Shown piece by piece: positions 14,430 to 25,679 of a stretch of DNA of 64,000 nucleotides. The stretch is from Eledone cirrhosa (taxonomy: Eukaryota), in assembly GCA_964016885.1 (NCBI GenBank), contig OZ024743.1, positions 282,782,001 through 282,846,000 on the forward strand. The letters run 5' to 3'. A program made the translations under genes and the position numbers. A model generated the notes under the pieces. It was given only the letters and a program-made list of their open reading frames with translations, was not told the origin of the DNA and searched no databases. Positions within the stretch are counted from its first letter, which is position 1, and every line of letters begins with the position of its first letter.

Positions 14430-14855
14430 AACAGGTTGGACTGGGTGCTTTTATTATGGCACCACCACTACCACCTAACAGGATGGACTGGGTGCTTTTA
14501 TTATGGCACCACCACTACCACCTAACAAGTTGGACTGGGTGCTTTTATTGTGGCACCACCACTACCACCTAACAGGATGGACTGGGTGCTTTTATTATGG
14601 CACCACCACTACCACCTAACAAGTTGGACTGGGTGCTTTTATTATGGCACCACCACTACCACCTAACAGGATGGACTGGGTGCTTTTATTATGGTACCAC
14701 CACTACCACCTAACAGGATGGACTGGGTGCTTTTATTATGGCCCCACCACTACCACCTAACAAGTTGGACTGGCTGCTTTTATTATGGCACCACCACTCT
14801 ACCACCTAACAGGATGGACTGGCTGCTTTTATTATGGCACCAGCACTACCACTTG
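14430..14855. repeat. 47-bp minisatellite, ~9 copies
   Basis: Unit aacaggatggactgggtgcttttattatggcaccaccactaccacct. Confidence 0.95.
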
Positions 14856-17800
14856 ACAGTGTAGGTTGTATATCTAATCACACCACTCAACTAATTATTT
14901 AATTGGCTACTACCCCAAAGTAATGACAATTGCTACTTCTATCACAAAAATTTACCTCCAATAAAATTTACTAGCATTTATTTTATCAACCCCCAAAATT
15001 AAGACTGCTAATCAAACAGTTTAAGGATGTTATATTTTATAAGCAAATAAATCTAAACATGAATTGATTTTTGCTTTAGTGTAGAAATAAATATCACTAA
15101 TAGAGCTAATTGTGAATGGCATGTGTTGGAAAGTTTTGTAAATCATTCCTGATCCTACATCACCTCCACAATGAGACCCTATGTTCTCATTTTAGGTTCA
15201 TCTACTTTCTTTGGTCAAACACTACTACTCTAACCAGCTATCATATATCAAACTTTATAGAAATCTTCATTCAGTGAACTTTTCATAGAGAAACAAAAGA
15301 AATCTACAGCTACCAACAAAAATATTAGGTTCTCACTAGTGTTAATTATATCATCTAGGTAGCAGAACTTCTATCACAGATAGGGTGTTTTAAGCAGTCA
15401 TTGACTGTTTATGCAGATAGTTACTTCAGCACATCTGGTATACCTAAAACTTCAGCTACCTGTCAAAAATTCGCTTACATTTTTGTGCACCTATTATTTG
15501 TAGTAAGTGATAACACAATATCAAATTACTACATACCCCCTGCTCCTGTATATAAAAAAAATCAAAACATGCGTCAAGATGTTTTGGCTCCTATTTTTCT
15601 AACTTGTATTTGACACTACTCACCTCCAAACCTTTTCACTGTAACTAACACTTCCAAACATTGAACTTGTCCTGCACCTATTCAACAGACATTGCAATAT
15701 GAAGCCACTTGTCAGAGTCATCAAAACATGAGCCATATATATCATGACTGTTGCAAAGATTTACAATGAAGAAATGGCGGCTATAGACTGACACTTTGAA
15801 GATACCCACCCGTGTTTCTTCGTTTAGTATCCTCAGACATGACCCGAACAGCTCTTGCACACCAATCATTCCCCTCACTCTCAGAATAGGTCAGCATCCC
15901 CTGAAATGGGTTCCAAGGAACCCAGGACTAAGGTTTTGCAAGATAAAATGCCTTTTAATAAAATTTCATAGAAATGTTATGTTTATTATTATTATGAATA
16001 ACTTCTCTCTCTAAAACAATGTTTCATGTAATGTCTTGTTAAAATTAAAGTGGTGGGGATTGTATGTAAAATATAGATATGTTCAAAAATTTAAAAGAAA
16101 ATGAATAGATTGTTTTTTTTAACTGAATAAACACTTTTATCTAAACTTTTTTCTTAACCAATATATTGTGATAGAAGCTTAATAACTGATAAGGAGAAGT
16201 AGAAGTGGGAAGAATCTAAATAGTTTTTTTTTTTTATTCAATTCACTCTGAAAATTACCAATTTAAAACATTAATTAGGCAGGAAATAGTTGAGAATATA
16301 TAACCTTTTAGTAAATCAATTTAACTTACAATATAAAATCAGATTATGAACTGACTGAAGATAATAAAACAAAGAGTAAAAAGAAAAGACAAAAATATGT
16401 GGGTGGGTGATTAATGACAGAGTAGAGGGTAAGTCCCCCTCTCCCCAACAAGCGGTATCTCTGACCCAGTTTTGATTCCCAGTTGTAACTATCTCACTTT
16501 AGTCACCTCACCATTATTCTTGAAACATATAGATGTTACTCGTCATTTCTTTAAAATCAAGAGAACAAATAACCCATTGACAAATACCTCCGATTTTGAA
16601 CCAAGCATTTACTTTCACAAATACATATAGTTTTTCATTTCATGACTTATACACGAGTATATATAGGATGCGTATCACCATCATTCAACGGACGTTAAAA
16701 TGATGATACCCCGTATATACTTGTGTACAAGTCGCAGCTCCATTTTACGTAGATTTACAGAGTACCATATATTTTGAATTGAAGTCTCATGCTTTTTCAC
16801 AATGTTTTCGGCGAAAAGGTACGATTTGTACACGAGTATATATAGTTGTGCGTGTGTATGTATTATATCAGATAATTTGATATACAATATATCATTCACC
16901 AGGGTTGAGGGGTTGCGTTCGAACTAGGAGGAGCGTAGTCGATGGGATAGATACGTGAATTGGTTGATATAACTAACTCCAAATCATACCTAGGTGAAGT
17001 TCTCCCACGTATAGCAGGCATTGTAGTGCAAAGTATACAATAACCTGGCAATATTCCATTTCAAGCATGGCACTCAGACAAGTACACAGTTAGCTCGCTA
17101 TTCAGACAAGATATTGAAAAGTGGTGATTCACATGCCAGTAAAAGGTTAACAGTTGCATCACATGAAATACCAATGAACCGAATGAAGTGGAGAGGGGAG
17201 GGAACGGGAGACCCTCAACACAAGTTGCATGAAAAGAGAATAAAACATTTAACCTTCATGTTACATATTTTTGAATTATAAATAACTTCCTGGGCAATCC
17301 ATTCAATTCCGCTACCGGGAGGGAATATTCCGGATTCTTTGTTCATATCAAATACCTCCTTAAGTGTTCCAAGTTTCCTTATGGAACAAAATACATTTTC
17401 TGGGTGGGCGATTTATAAACGTAACCATTTCCAAATGGTTGAAGTCAATTTTTTTAACATCTACAATTGTGATAATTTTTTTTTCTTTTTCTTTTTGTAA
17501 AGACAGACAAAAAAAAAAAAAAAAATATTATCTAAGACAAGAGTTTTTTTTACCAACACAATAATAATTCAAAAAAGGATCGAATTTCAATTAAACCTCC
17601 TGAAAGAATGCGAGAGAGAAAAGAAAAGAATGAGACAATTATATAGGCATGAATGTTCTTAGGGCCATCGAAACAGCGACGTGATAACAGGAAAGCAGTC
17701 AGATTTAATAAACAACAAAAGAAAAGGAGAAATGTTTCTAAAAGAACAGGGTGCAAATTCATTTATAAAGATCAGAGTTATCATTTGAGAAATGAAAAAG

Positions 17801-18677
17801 AAGAAAAAAGACACGTACATAGATATTGATACACACCCACATAATTATTAGAGATTACACACCCTATTTTTATATGGAAAAAAATAAAGGAATCAACAAA
17901 ACGAAAGAAAGATTTGCTAAGAGAATGTAGAAAGAAAGGGAAAGGCAGTTTCTGGCATACCAGATGACTAACATTTTAGTTTCTCTCTGCTGTTCTATCA
18001 GCAAAATTTCGCGGCCCCCATACTGAAGAAAAGAAAAACATCAGTAGAGAAAACTGAAAGGAAGAAAGTGTAACCTAGTGTCACCATAAATTCACTCTCG
18101 TTTTCTCTGGTCATAAAACATTATTAAAAATTAGTGTTAAAAAAAAAAAAAAATGACAGTTTAGGTCTGTCAACTATATGACACTTGTGTGAGCACCAAA
18201 AATACTTTCACCATTCCAAAATGACAACTCTCCTTAATATAATTTCATTTTCACATATCGCCCACCTCTCCAATAGCCAAAGACTTGATGTAATTGGTAT
18301 AATTGTTTTCTGCGACACCTGAAGAAGTTTTCGTGTAATATTTTTTTTAATTGAAGAGAACATTTGTTTAATGCTTCGAAACTTTGAGAATGGAGAATAT
18401 GAGAAAACGTGCGTTAGAACATAAAAGATTTTATAAACTAAATTAAGAGAGGATGAACAAGAAAAAAGATGTAAATTTTTATTAACCCATTAACATAGAG
18501 CTCGTGATGGGCAAACAATTTTTTTTTTCAGCAATGATTATAATACATCTTTCTACAAAGTACAATACCAAGCATCCCAGAAAGACACCAATTAATGAAT
18601 GAATATATATATAGATAGGTAGGTAGGTGGTATAGATAGAGATGTATGTCCAGCCCTTATTAGCAGGGGAAAATATT

Positions 18678-18844
18678 GATACACACGCACATGCGTATGC
18701 ATATATACATACACATATACATACACACATATACATACACATACATACATACACATATATACATACACATACATACATACACATATATACATACACATAC
18801 ATATATACATACATACATACACATATATACATACACATACATAT

Positions 18845-18903
<59 letters not shown>

Positions 18904-18954
18904 CACATACATATATACATACATACATACACATATATACATACACATACATAT

Positions 18955-19015
<61 letters not shown>

Positions 19016-19105
19016 CATAAATAAATATATACATACATAAATATATACATATATAAATATATGTGTATATATGCATGTATGAGCATACACATACGCATGA
19101 GTATA
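18678..19105. repeat. Compound (TA)n/(TACA)n/(CA)n microsatellite
   Basis: Directly visible. It explains the low-complexity Y/I/M/C/H/T ORFs. Confidence 0.97.
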
Positions 19106-21181
19106 TGAATATTTGTTTAATGATGCGGTGTGAAGGATTATTTTTCCATAAAAAGGCAAAATATAAAAAAGGTGGAGAAAAGCCCACACAGTTGACTGAC
19201 AAATGAAATAATGATCTAACTCTCCAGCTACGAAGAAGCTGTTGAAATACCACTCATCTTAACATCTACGTCTGGTGACAGGAGAGAATATTTCCCCTCT
19301 ATCTATCTTTCTATTTTCACTAATAGAATCCACTGAGGAAGATTACCGGTCTTTTACTGCTACCCAAAAAAGGTGTGGGGAAAAACGGTTCGCCGTCTTC
19401 AGCAGGGTAGGTAGAACCGGAACGTGATAGAGAGCAAGCTAAACTGATGCTAAAGATAACATTATGAATCTGTTGATATTATTCATACCCTTGAGAAAGG
19501 CATGAACGACATACAATGCAATGTCCTCTGCTATAAAGTGGAGGCCTTTACGCCTCTGAATAAACGGGTTCCATTGAAACTACCTCGATACCACTTCCCA
19601 TGTGTTTTATATATTTTTTAAATTATCATTAACTATTTAATGTTATAAATCTAAATTATATTTCGAAAACTTTATATATAATATATATATATATATAAAT
19701 AAATAAAATAGTGTTAACATTGTAAGAAACATATGTAGTTGATTTTAAATGTCAGTATAACCCAATTGAAGAACAAGAGAATAGGAGATGAAAAACATTT
19801 GAAGAAGCAGCAGCAATGAAGAAGTTGTTTCACCCTTAGTCAGCCTTGATCGAACATACCTATCTATGATCAAAGGCATTCCAGCCATGACCACCATACC
19901 ATCTTTTATTTCAAACCTTCGTACATCTAGGAATACATTATACAATGTATCCTTTTTTTCTTTTCTTTTTTAAGATGATAGGGTGTGAATTTAAAGAGAT
20001 TTGGCTGCTATTTCTAGCAGGTTGAACGACACTATAAAGCCGCCGTCCCCACCACCGAGTTGAAGAGGTTTGATGAAAGATGTTTGAGGCTTTTTCACAT
20101 CTGTGTGTAGTATATTGTTGCTTAATTTCAGGTCAAACTTAGAAAATCTATGATCATAGCATTCCAGCCACAAAAATCCTTTTTTTTTTTAAGTTATGTG
20201 TATTCAATGTAGTTATAGATAGCAGGGTTGGCTGGAATTAGAGAAATTTAGTTGATAATTTTAGCAGGTCGAACTACCACGTAGCGATTCCCTTGTTAAT
20301 GTAGTAAATGTGTGTGTACGTGTGTAGTAGTAGCTACAGTAGTATGTGTAACGCAATGTGTAATATCGATAGTCCAGTGCGTGTGCATATGCACGATACA
20401 GTGCTACCGGCGAGTTCTGTGAGCGATGTTGCTAAGAAGCACGAACATAGCAAGATCATATACAACAGACTAACGGAACACCATGTCTCACCATAATATT
20501 TTACGTATTCAAGCCCAATACACCACTAATAGAATCCGAATAAACTTAGATGACTGATATTCGTCGACAAATAGTAATATATATTTTATACCGCGAAAGA
20601 AAAAAGTCTAACGTTTCGGGAAGAACTCTTCGTCGCTTGCCTATGTCAAGGGAGCTTGGATTAATAACAAACAAAATAATTCACACATAATATTTAAATT
20701 TGATAAGTGCTAAATAAATTTCATTTATTTATTTTTAGAAATCAAAGAAGTGTACAAATTCTTTAAGTTATAGGGAGTATAGAACCAAAAAAGAGAGAAG
20801 CAATAAGTAAATATAAACAATCAAAACAACAGTTTCCCACCTACGAAATCTACACCAATTCAGAGAAGACCGAGATAATCCAAGGAGTCAAGAGATCCCT
20901 TAAAAAGGAGTTAGAGATTGTACGAAGCCAAGAATAAATTCCCACTCTTCCCTCCACATGACTCAAACTATTCAGAACTGTAAGCCTGCTATAATAAAGT
21001 TGTAGTCATGTTCTTGTTTGTCTCAATTATTTTATTCCAACACTACCATATACATATATTACTCGCTTCTCAATAAAGTGAAACGCACACAAAAGATACA
21101 CATATAAAAAAAAAGGAATATCAATAATTGATTAATAAATTAATTATCCCCTCCCCCTTAAAAACACACACAGAAACTTAC

Positions 21182-21194
21182 CTTGTCTAAGCAT
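21182..21194 (-). CDS. Putative first coding exon (MLRQ-) of an unidentified gene divergent from RPL23
   Basis: Minus strand aaaATG CTT AGA CAA G|GTAAGT: good start context and consensus donor, within 900 bp of the RPL23 start. No product assignable. Confidence 0.45.
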
Positions 21195-22005
21195 TTTAAT
21201 TCCTCTGTGGGATAGACGGGTTTCTCACACCTTCCACAACGTTTATTCATTTTGCTTCCCCAATTGTCTCTTCAGTAAGGTTCAAGTTTGTTTTTGTTTA
21301 GGTTTTTATTTGGGTAGTAGTTTCTTTTAGTAAAGTGTTGCTCCCGTTGCGTGCTGCCCTCCGAAAGGTAACAATTCAATAAATGCAAGCTTGGCTTTAC
21401 ACAACTGTCTCTCAAGCAGTAGTAGTAGTATTAAAGTAGAGAGAAAGCAAGCAGTAGATATATGTTATACTGCTGTTCTTTTAGCGCTAGTAATATTAGT
21501 AGATAGCGTAACTGACTCAACCGAGCACTCATCTAACGCTACATTTCATTGGTTAGATCCACATTCTCTACTAATTCATTTCGACCACCGCCTTCACAGT
21601 ACATACTTTACAAAATCATAACAAATAAATAAAAAGACTTATTTTTAATTATTCTCCTTAAATCTGTCAATTTAAAATATTTTTCTGCGATTATTATTTT
21701 GGCAAAGGGAAAAAAAAATACTCGTTTTCTTCTGAATAGATAGTTTAGAAAATATCAATTTTTTTTTAATAGTTATGCTACTAAGAGTTTCGATATGAAA
21801 AGCTGACACGCTTAGCGTGCTTTCTGACCTTATATGGTAATTGTAAACACATTCATTATTTTTTCGTTATTGAAGGCGGAAATGGTTTTAATACATTTTT
21901 TTTAATATTTTAAGAATATTAATAACAAAACTTAGGTTGTAATTTTACAATTGTATTTGTTCAAAATAGTTCAGGGTTTAAACCGGTGGGGTACCGTTTT
22001 CCGGT

Positions 22006-22054
22006 GACATTTACTGCGCTTGCGTCTACCGTATCTTCCTTTTCCTGTTTAAAA
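22006..22054 (+). promoter_or_regulatory. RPL23 core promoter / 5'-TOP pyrimidine start
   Basis: CTTCCTTTTCC tract (22035-22045) 20 nt before the ATG, typical of ribosomal-protein TCT/TOP starts. Upstream are an ETS-like TTCCGG and an NRF1-like TGCGCTTGCG. Confidence 0.7.
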
Positions 22055-22067
22055 ATGTCTAAGCGAG
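22055..22067 (+). CDS. RPL23: 60S ribosomal protein L23 (uL14), coding exon 1 (MSKR-G)
   Basis: ATG TCT AAG CGA G|GTACGT after a pyrimidine tract. Full CDS join(22055..22067,23150..23233,23843..23971,24585..24698,25580..25662) = 423 nt, 140 aa [38 protein letters not shown]...[14 protein letters not shown]. Confidence 0.95.
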
Positions 22068-22914
22068 GTACGTGTTAAATTTTCTTTAATTATAATCTTT
22101 ATAAATCGCTGTTTTTAATTAATATTTTCATTTTAAATGTGTTTAAATTATAAGTTTGTTATATCGATGAAATATTATTTAGATTTTTAATTATGCTTTT
22201 ACCCTTAAAATGTGTTTAAATGTTACATGTATGTGACTTGGTACGTACACGAGGGATTTGGTTATATTTACGTTAACTAAAAAATCGAAGTACTTAATTT
22301 TTATATTTCCAATTAACAACGTGAGCTTCTGAATTAAAATTATTAATAATTTCCAAAGTTGTGTACAATTGATGACGATCGAAACGAATCACATGTTGAC
22401 ATAAAGAAACCTAATTCGTTGTTTTATGGTGTCTATAAAAGTATGTTATATCTAGAGGGAACTTTGGTTTATTTAAGACACCATTTTCTAGATTAACGAT
22501 AAACGAACTGATAGGTTTTTTTTAATTGCTATCTTATAGATGCGAGTCTTGTACTTTTAAATTATATGCACATGATCATACATAGATGTGTGTATATGTA
22601 TATATAGAATGTTAGTCATCTATAAGGGTCGGCGTTAGAAAAGGTATTCGGCTCAAATACAGTATTGGGTGTGTGTATATGTATGTGTATTTGGGTGCGA
22701 TGGAACTTGGTGTATCAGAAAACTCGCAATCGCTGATCTGGTAAACGAATTATTTATTGAGATTCGAAGCTATAATAGTTTCCAGGATCTTGTGGGTTTG
22801 GAACATCTTTTGAATGGAGTGCGTGTTTTCGATCTTAAAAAGAAATGTGATTTATACATTTCTGCGTTTTTGTACATTCGATTTAGGCTTTAAAGAAAGA
22901 CTTGTTTCGATTTT

Positions 22915-23086
22915 GTTAAATCCTATTTTACGCTGCAAAACAAGTGAAAGTAATTCAACGGATAATATTATAATATTACATACTTTAATGCTAGAAAAAA
23001 TATAGGCATATGTCGAAATATATACATAATAGATGAAGTCCGGTAAGTTACTTTCACTTGTTTTGCATCCTAAGATAGGATTTAAC
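22915..23086. repeat. 48-bp imperfect inverted repeat in RPL23 intron 1
   Basis: 22915-22962 versus the reverse complement of 23039-23086: 42/48 identical, and two of the differences are G-U compatible in the sense RNA. Confidence 0.9.
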
Positions 23087-23149
23087 GTTTTGTTTATTTG
23101 TGTTCATTTTGAACTGTTGTTTCTAGTCTGTTTTTATTTATTTATTGAG

Positions 23150-23233
23150 GACGTGGTGGTACAGCCGGAGGCAAGTTCAAGATCTCTCTAGCTCTTCCTG
23201 TTGGGGCAGTCATTAACTGCGCTGACAACACTG
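23150..23233 (+). CDS. RPL23: RPL23 coding exon 2
   Basis: Encodes (G)[27 protein letters not shown](G). Acceptor ttattGAG|, donor G|GTAAGT. Confidence 0.95.
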
Positions 23234-23842
23234 GTAAGTTGTGGCGTGCCTTTTTTTTATATATATATGTGTAATCAAAGAAAATAGACAGTAAATTGTG
23301 ATGATGATGGTCCACGTGTTGAGAACGGTGGATCAGGGTCCAGTTGTTAGATCTATTGAATTATGGAGAATGGGTGTTCCACAAACATATCCATAACGTA
23401 ATTCTCAAGCAGAATCAGTGTGATACTAAAACAAAACTGGACCTTTGTATAAATTTCAATCCATCTGACGGATTTACGCTGTTTCCGTCCTTCCAATTTA
23501 ATTCACAAAGCTTGGGGTTATGGTAGAAAACACCTCCCAGGATGCCATGAATTGGCACCGAACCTTATGTTTCTTAAGTGACTTTGGCATTCGTTCCCTT
23601 TCCATCAATATTTGGATTCTGGTGAAAGTCCAAGATAATGATTTTTCTTTGCACACCTGTTGTGTATCATCATGCCTAGAATAGATGAATGTGTAATTTT
23701 GCCTGTAACCGATTGAGGCTCAAAAAGTACTGACATACTGTTATAAAAAGTTGGGAGGTGCTTGCTTTATATTAATTCTACAACAGTTTTAACTTTTTTT
23801 TATCCTTATTATTATCCATGCTGTTTTGTTGTTTTTTCGTAG

Positions 23843-23971
23843 GAGCTAAAAACCTCTATGTAATAGCTGTGAGTGGAATTAAGGGACGTTTAAATAGATT
23901 GCCTGCTGCAGGATGTGGGGACATGTTAGTAGCTACAGTAAAGAAAGGTAAACCAGAGCTACGGAAAAAAG
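23843..23971 (+). CDS. RPL23: RPL23 coding exon 3
   Basis: [42 protein letters not shown]. Acceptor cgtag|, donor G|GTATGT. Confidence 0.97.
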
Positions 23972-24584
23972 GTATGTTTGGTCCATTCTTGACTTTTTTT
24001 TCCTATTAACTAGGACCTTTTAGAAGAGATATGGTTTTATAGTTAAGTGGGTCTTGGCTAATTAATGTTATGCATGGGTATGGTGGGGTGGGGGATAACC
24101 TCAGGTTATCTGATTCACTGAACTTATGTTACCAACCTGTTGGTTTTTTTCTTTGGCTCTAGATTATTTTTAGTGGCAATATATTGCGGCTTTATACTGC
24201 TGTTCGCTCCTAATCTATCAGTTAAGCAGTACTTTGGTCAGGAGTGACATTAATATCTAAACATAACCAATTCTCTAGCAGTTGTTTGATATTTAAACCT
24301 TTCTGTTCAAACTGGCTAGAAGTTAAGGTATTCTCAAAATAAATGTCAAAATCTCATAGGTTTAATATTATATAAGGTAATGTGTTTACCGTGAAAATAC
24401 AATAGTAAATATAGAGTAATGTAAATGCTAAAGGGTTAATAATTTCAACATAGCTTATTTAGTTCAATTCTACAGAGGGAAAAGAACCAATAAATGTAAT
24501 TTGTGTTAGTGGTAGAAATGTATTCTAATATTGCTGCTTTTAGAAAACGTGTAATGATTTTATTCCTTTTAATTTTAATTCCAG

Positions 24585-24698
24585 TCATGCCAGCTGTAGT
24601 GATTCGGCAACGGAAGCCGCTACGGCGAAAAGATGGTGTTTTTATATACTTTGAAGACAATGCGGGTGTAATTGTCAACAATAAAGGGGAGATGAAAG
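24585..24698 (+). CDS. RPL23: RPL23 coding exon 4
   Basis: [37 protein letters not shown]. Acceptor ttccag|, donor G|GTAACT. Confidence 0.97.
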
Positions 24699-25563
24699 GT
24701 AACTTCCTCTTTCTTGCTTTGTCTTGTCTTCATTTAATTGATTTAGTAATTTTTCTCAATGCTGACGAATAGTCAATATTTTAAAAGCACCCAGCCCACA
24801 CTGGATGGGGTTGGCATTCCATCCATAGAAACCAGTTCTCTATGAGCAAGACAGTCGTTTAATCTGACTTGTATAACCCATATTGGTGATATATATATAT
24901 ATTCACCTTTTACAAATACATTTTTTTAGCACATTGAAATAAAAATCTTGGGTGGTGGTGTGGATATTTAACATTCTTGTTCGTGTGCATGATCAAAGGG
25001 CAGAGTTTCACATTATGCATTTCTCTAGTTGATGTAATAATAAAAGTAACTCTGGTGCTTTTGTAATTCAACACTTCAATACCCAATTTTTGTCATCCAT
25101 AAATCATGTTGCTGATCATCATCATGGTTTAACATCCACTTTCCGCACTAGTATGGGTTTGACGGTTGTCCCGTTTGAGGCAAGTCTGGTCGTGTGACCA
25201 TGTCTTACTCATACTGAACTATTTCTGACTTGGTTTCTATTGCTGGATACCCTTTACTCCAACCATGTGTATCCTTTTCTTATGATACCAACACAATAGC
25301 TTGATGGTTTGACCCTTTAGCATTTAAATCGGCTATATCTGGCCAGAATTCTCTCGCCTCTTTTTGTTCAAACCGGCTGCTCATGCTGATAAGATATTGT
25401 TCTCAAAATAAATAATATCAAAATCTCATAGATTCGATATTATGTGAGATAGTGATTACCGTGAAAATGTAATTGTAAATATAGAGTAATAAGGTGCCTA
25501 CATGATTTTGTTATGTTGATAGTAATATTTTTGTATATCTTATATAAATGTTTCTGAAAGTAA

Positions 25564-25662
<99 letters not shown>

Positions 25663-25673
25663 AGATACTCTGT

Positions 25674-25679
25674 AATAAA
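25674..25679 (+). terminator. RPL23 polyadenylation signal
   Basis: AATAAA just after the stop codon, followed by a GT/T-rich downstream element. Confidence 0.75.

Noticed and set aside
14430-14855. CRISPR-like regular array
   Set aside because: Head-to-tail units with no unique spacers in a eukaryotic context. It is a minisatellite
18482-19253. Long ORFs of 114-235 aa on both strands
   Set aside because: Artefacts of the TA/CA microsatellite, which lacks stop codons
23291-23477. Apparent long C/D RNA in RPL23 intron 2 (GTGATGA...CTGA with gtaaatt/gatttac stem)
   Set aside because: The interior and the CTGA align with dispersed SINE sequence also seen at ~42690-42830, and no guide is recognisable
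24190-24262. U2 snRNA-like words (tatcagtt, taatatct)
   Set aside because: No branch-point recognition sequence, Sm site or collinear match
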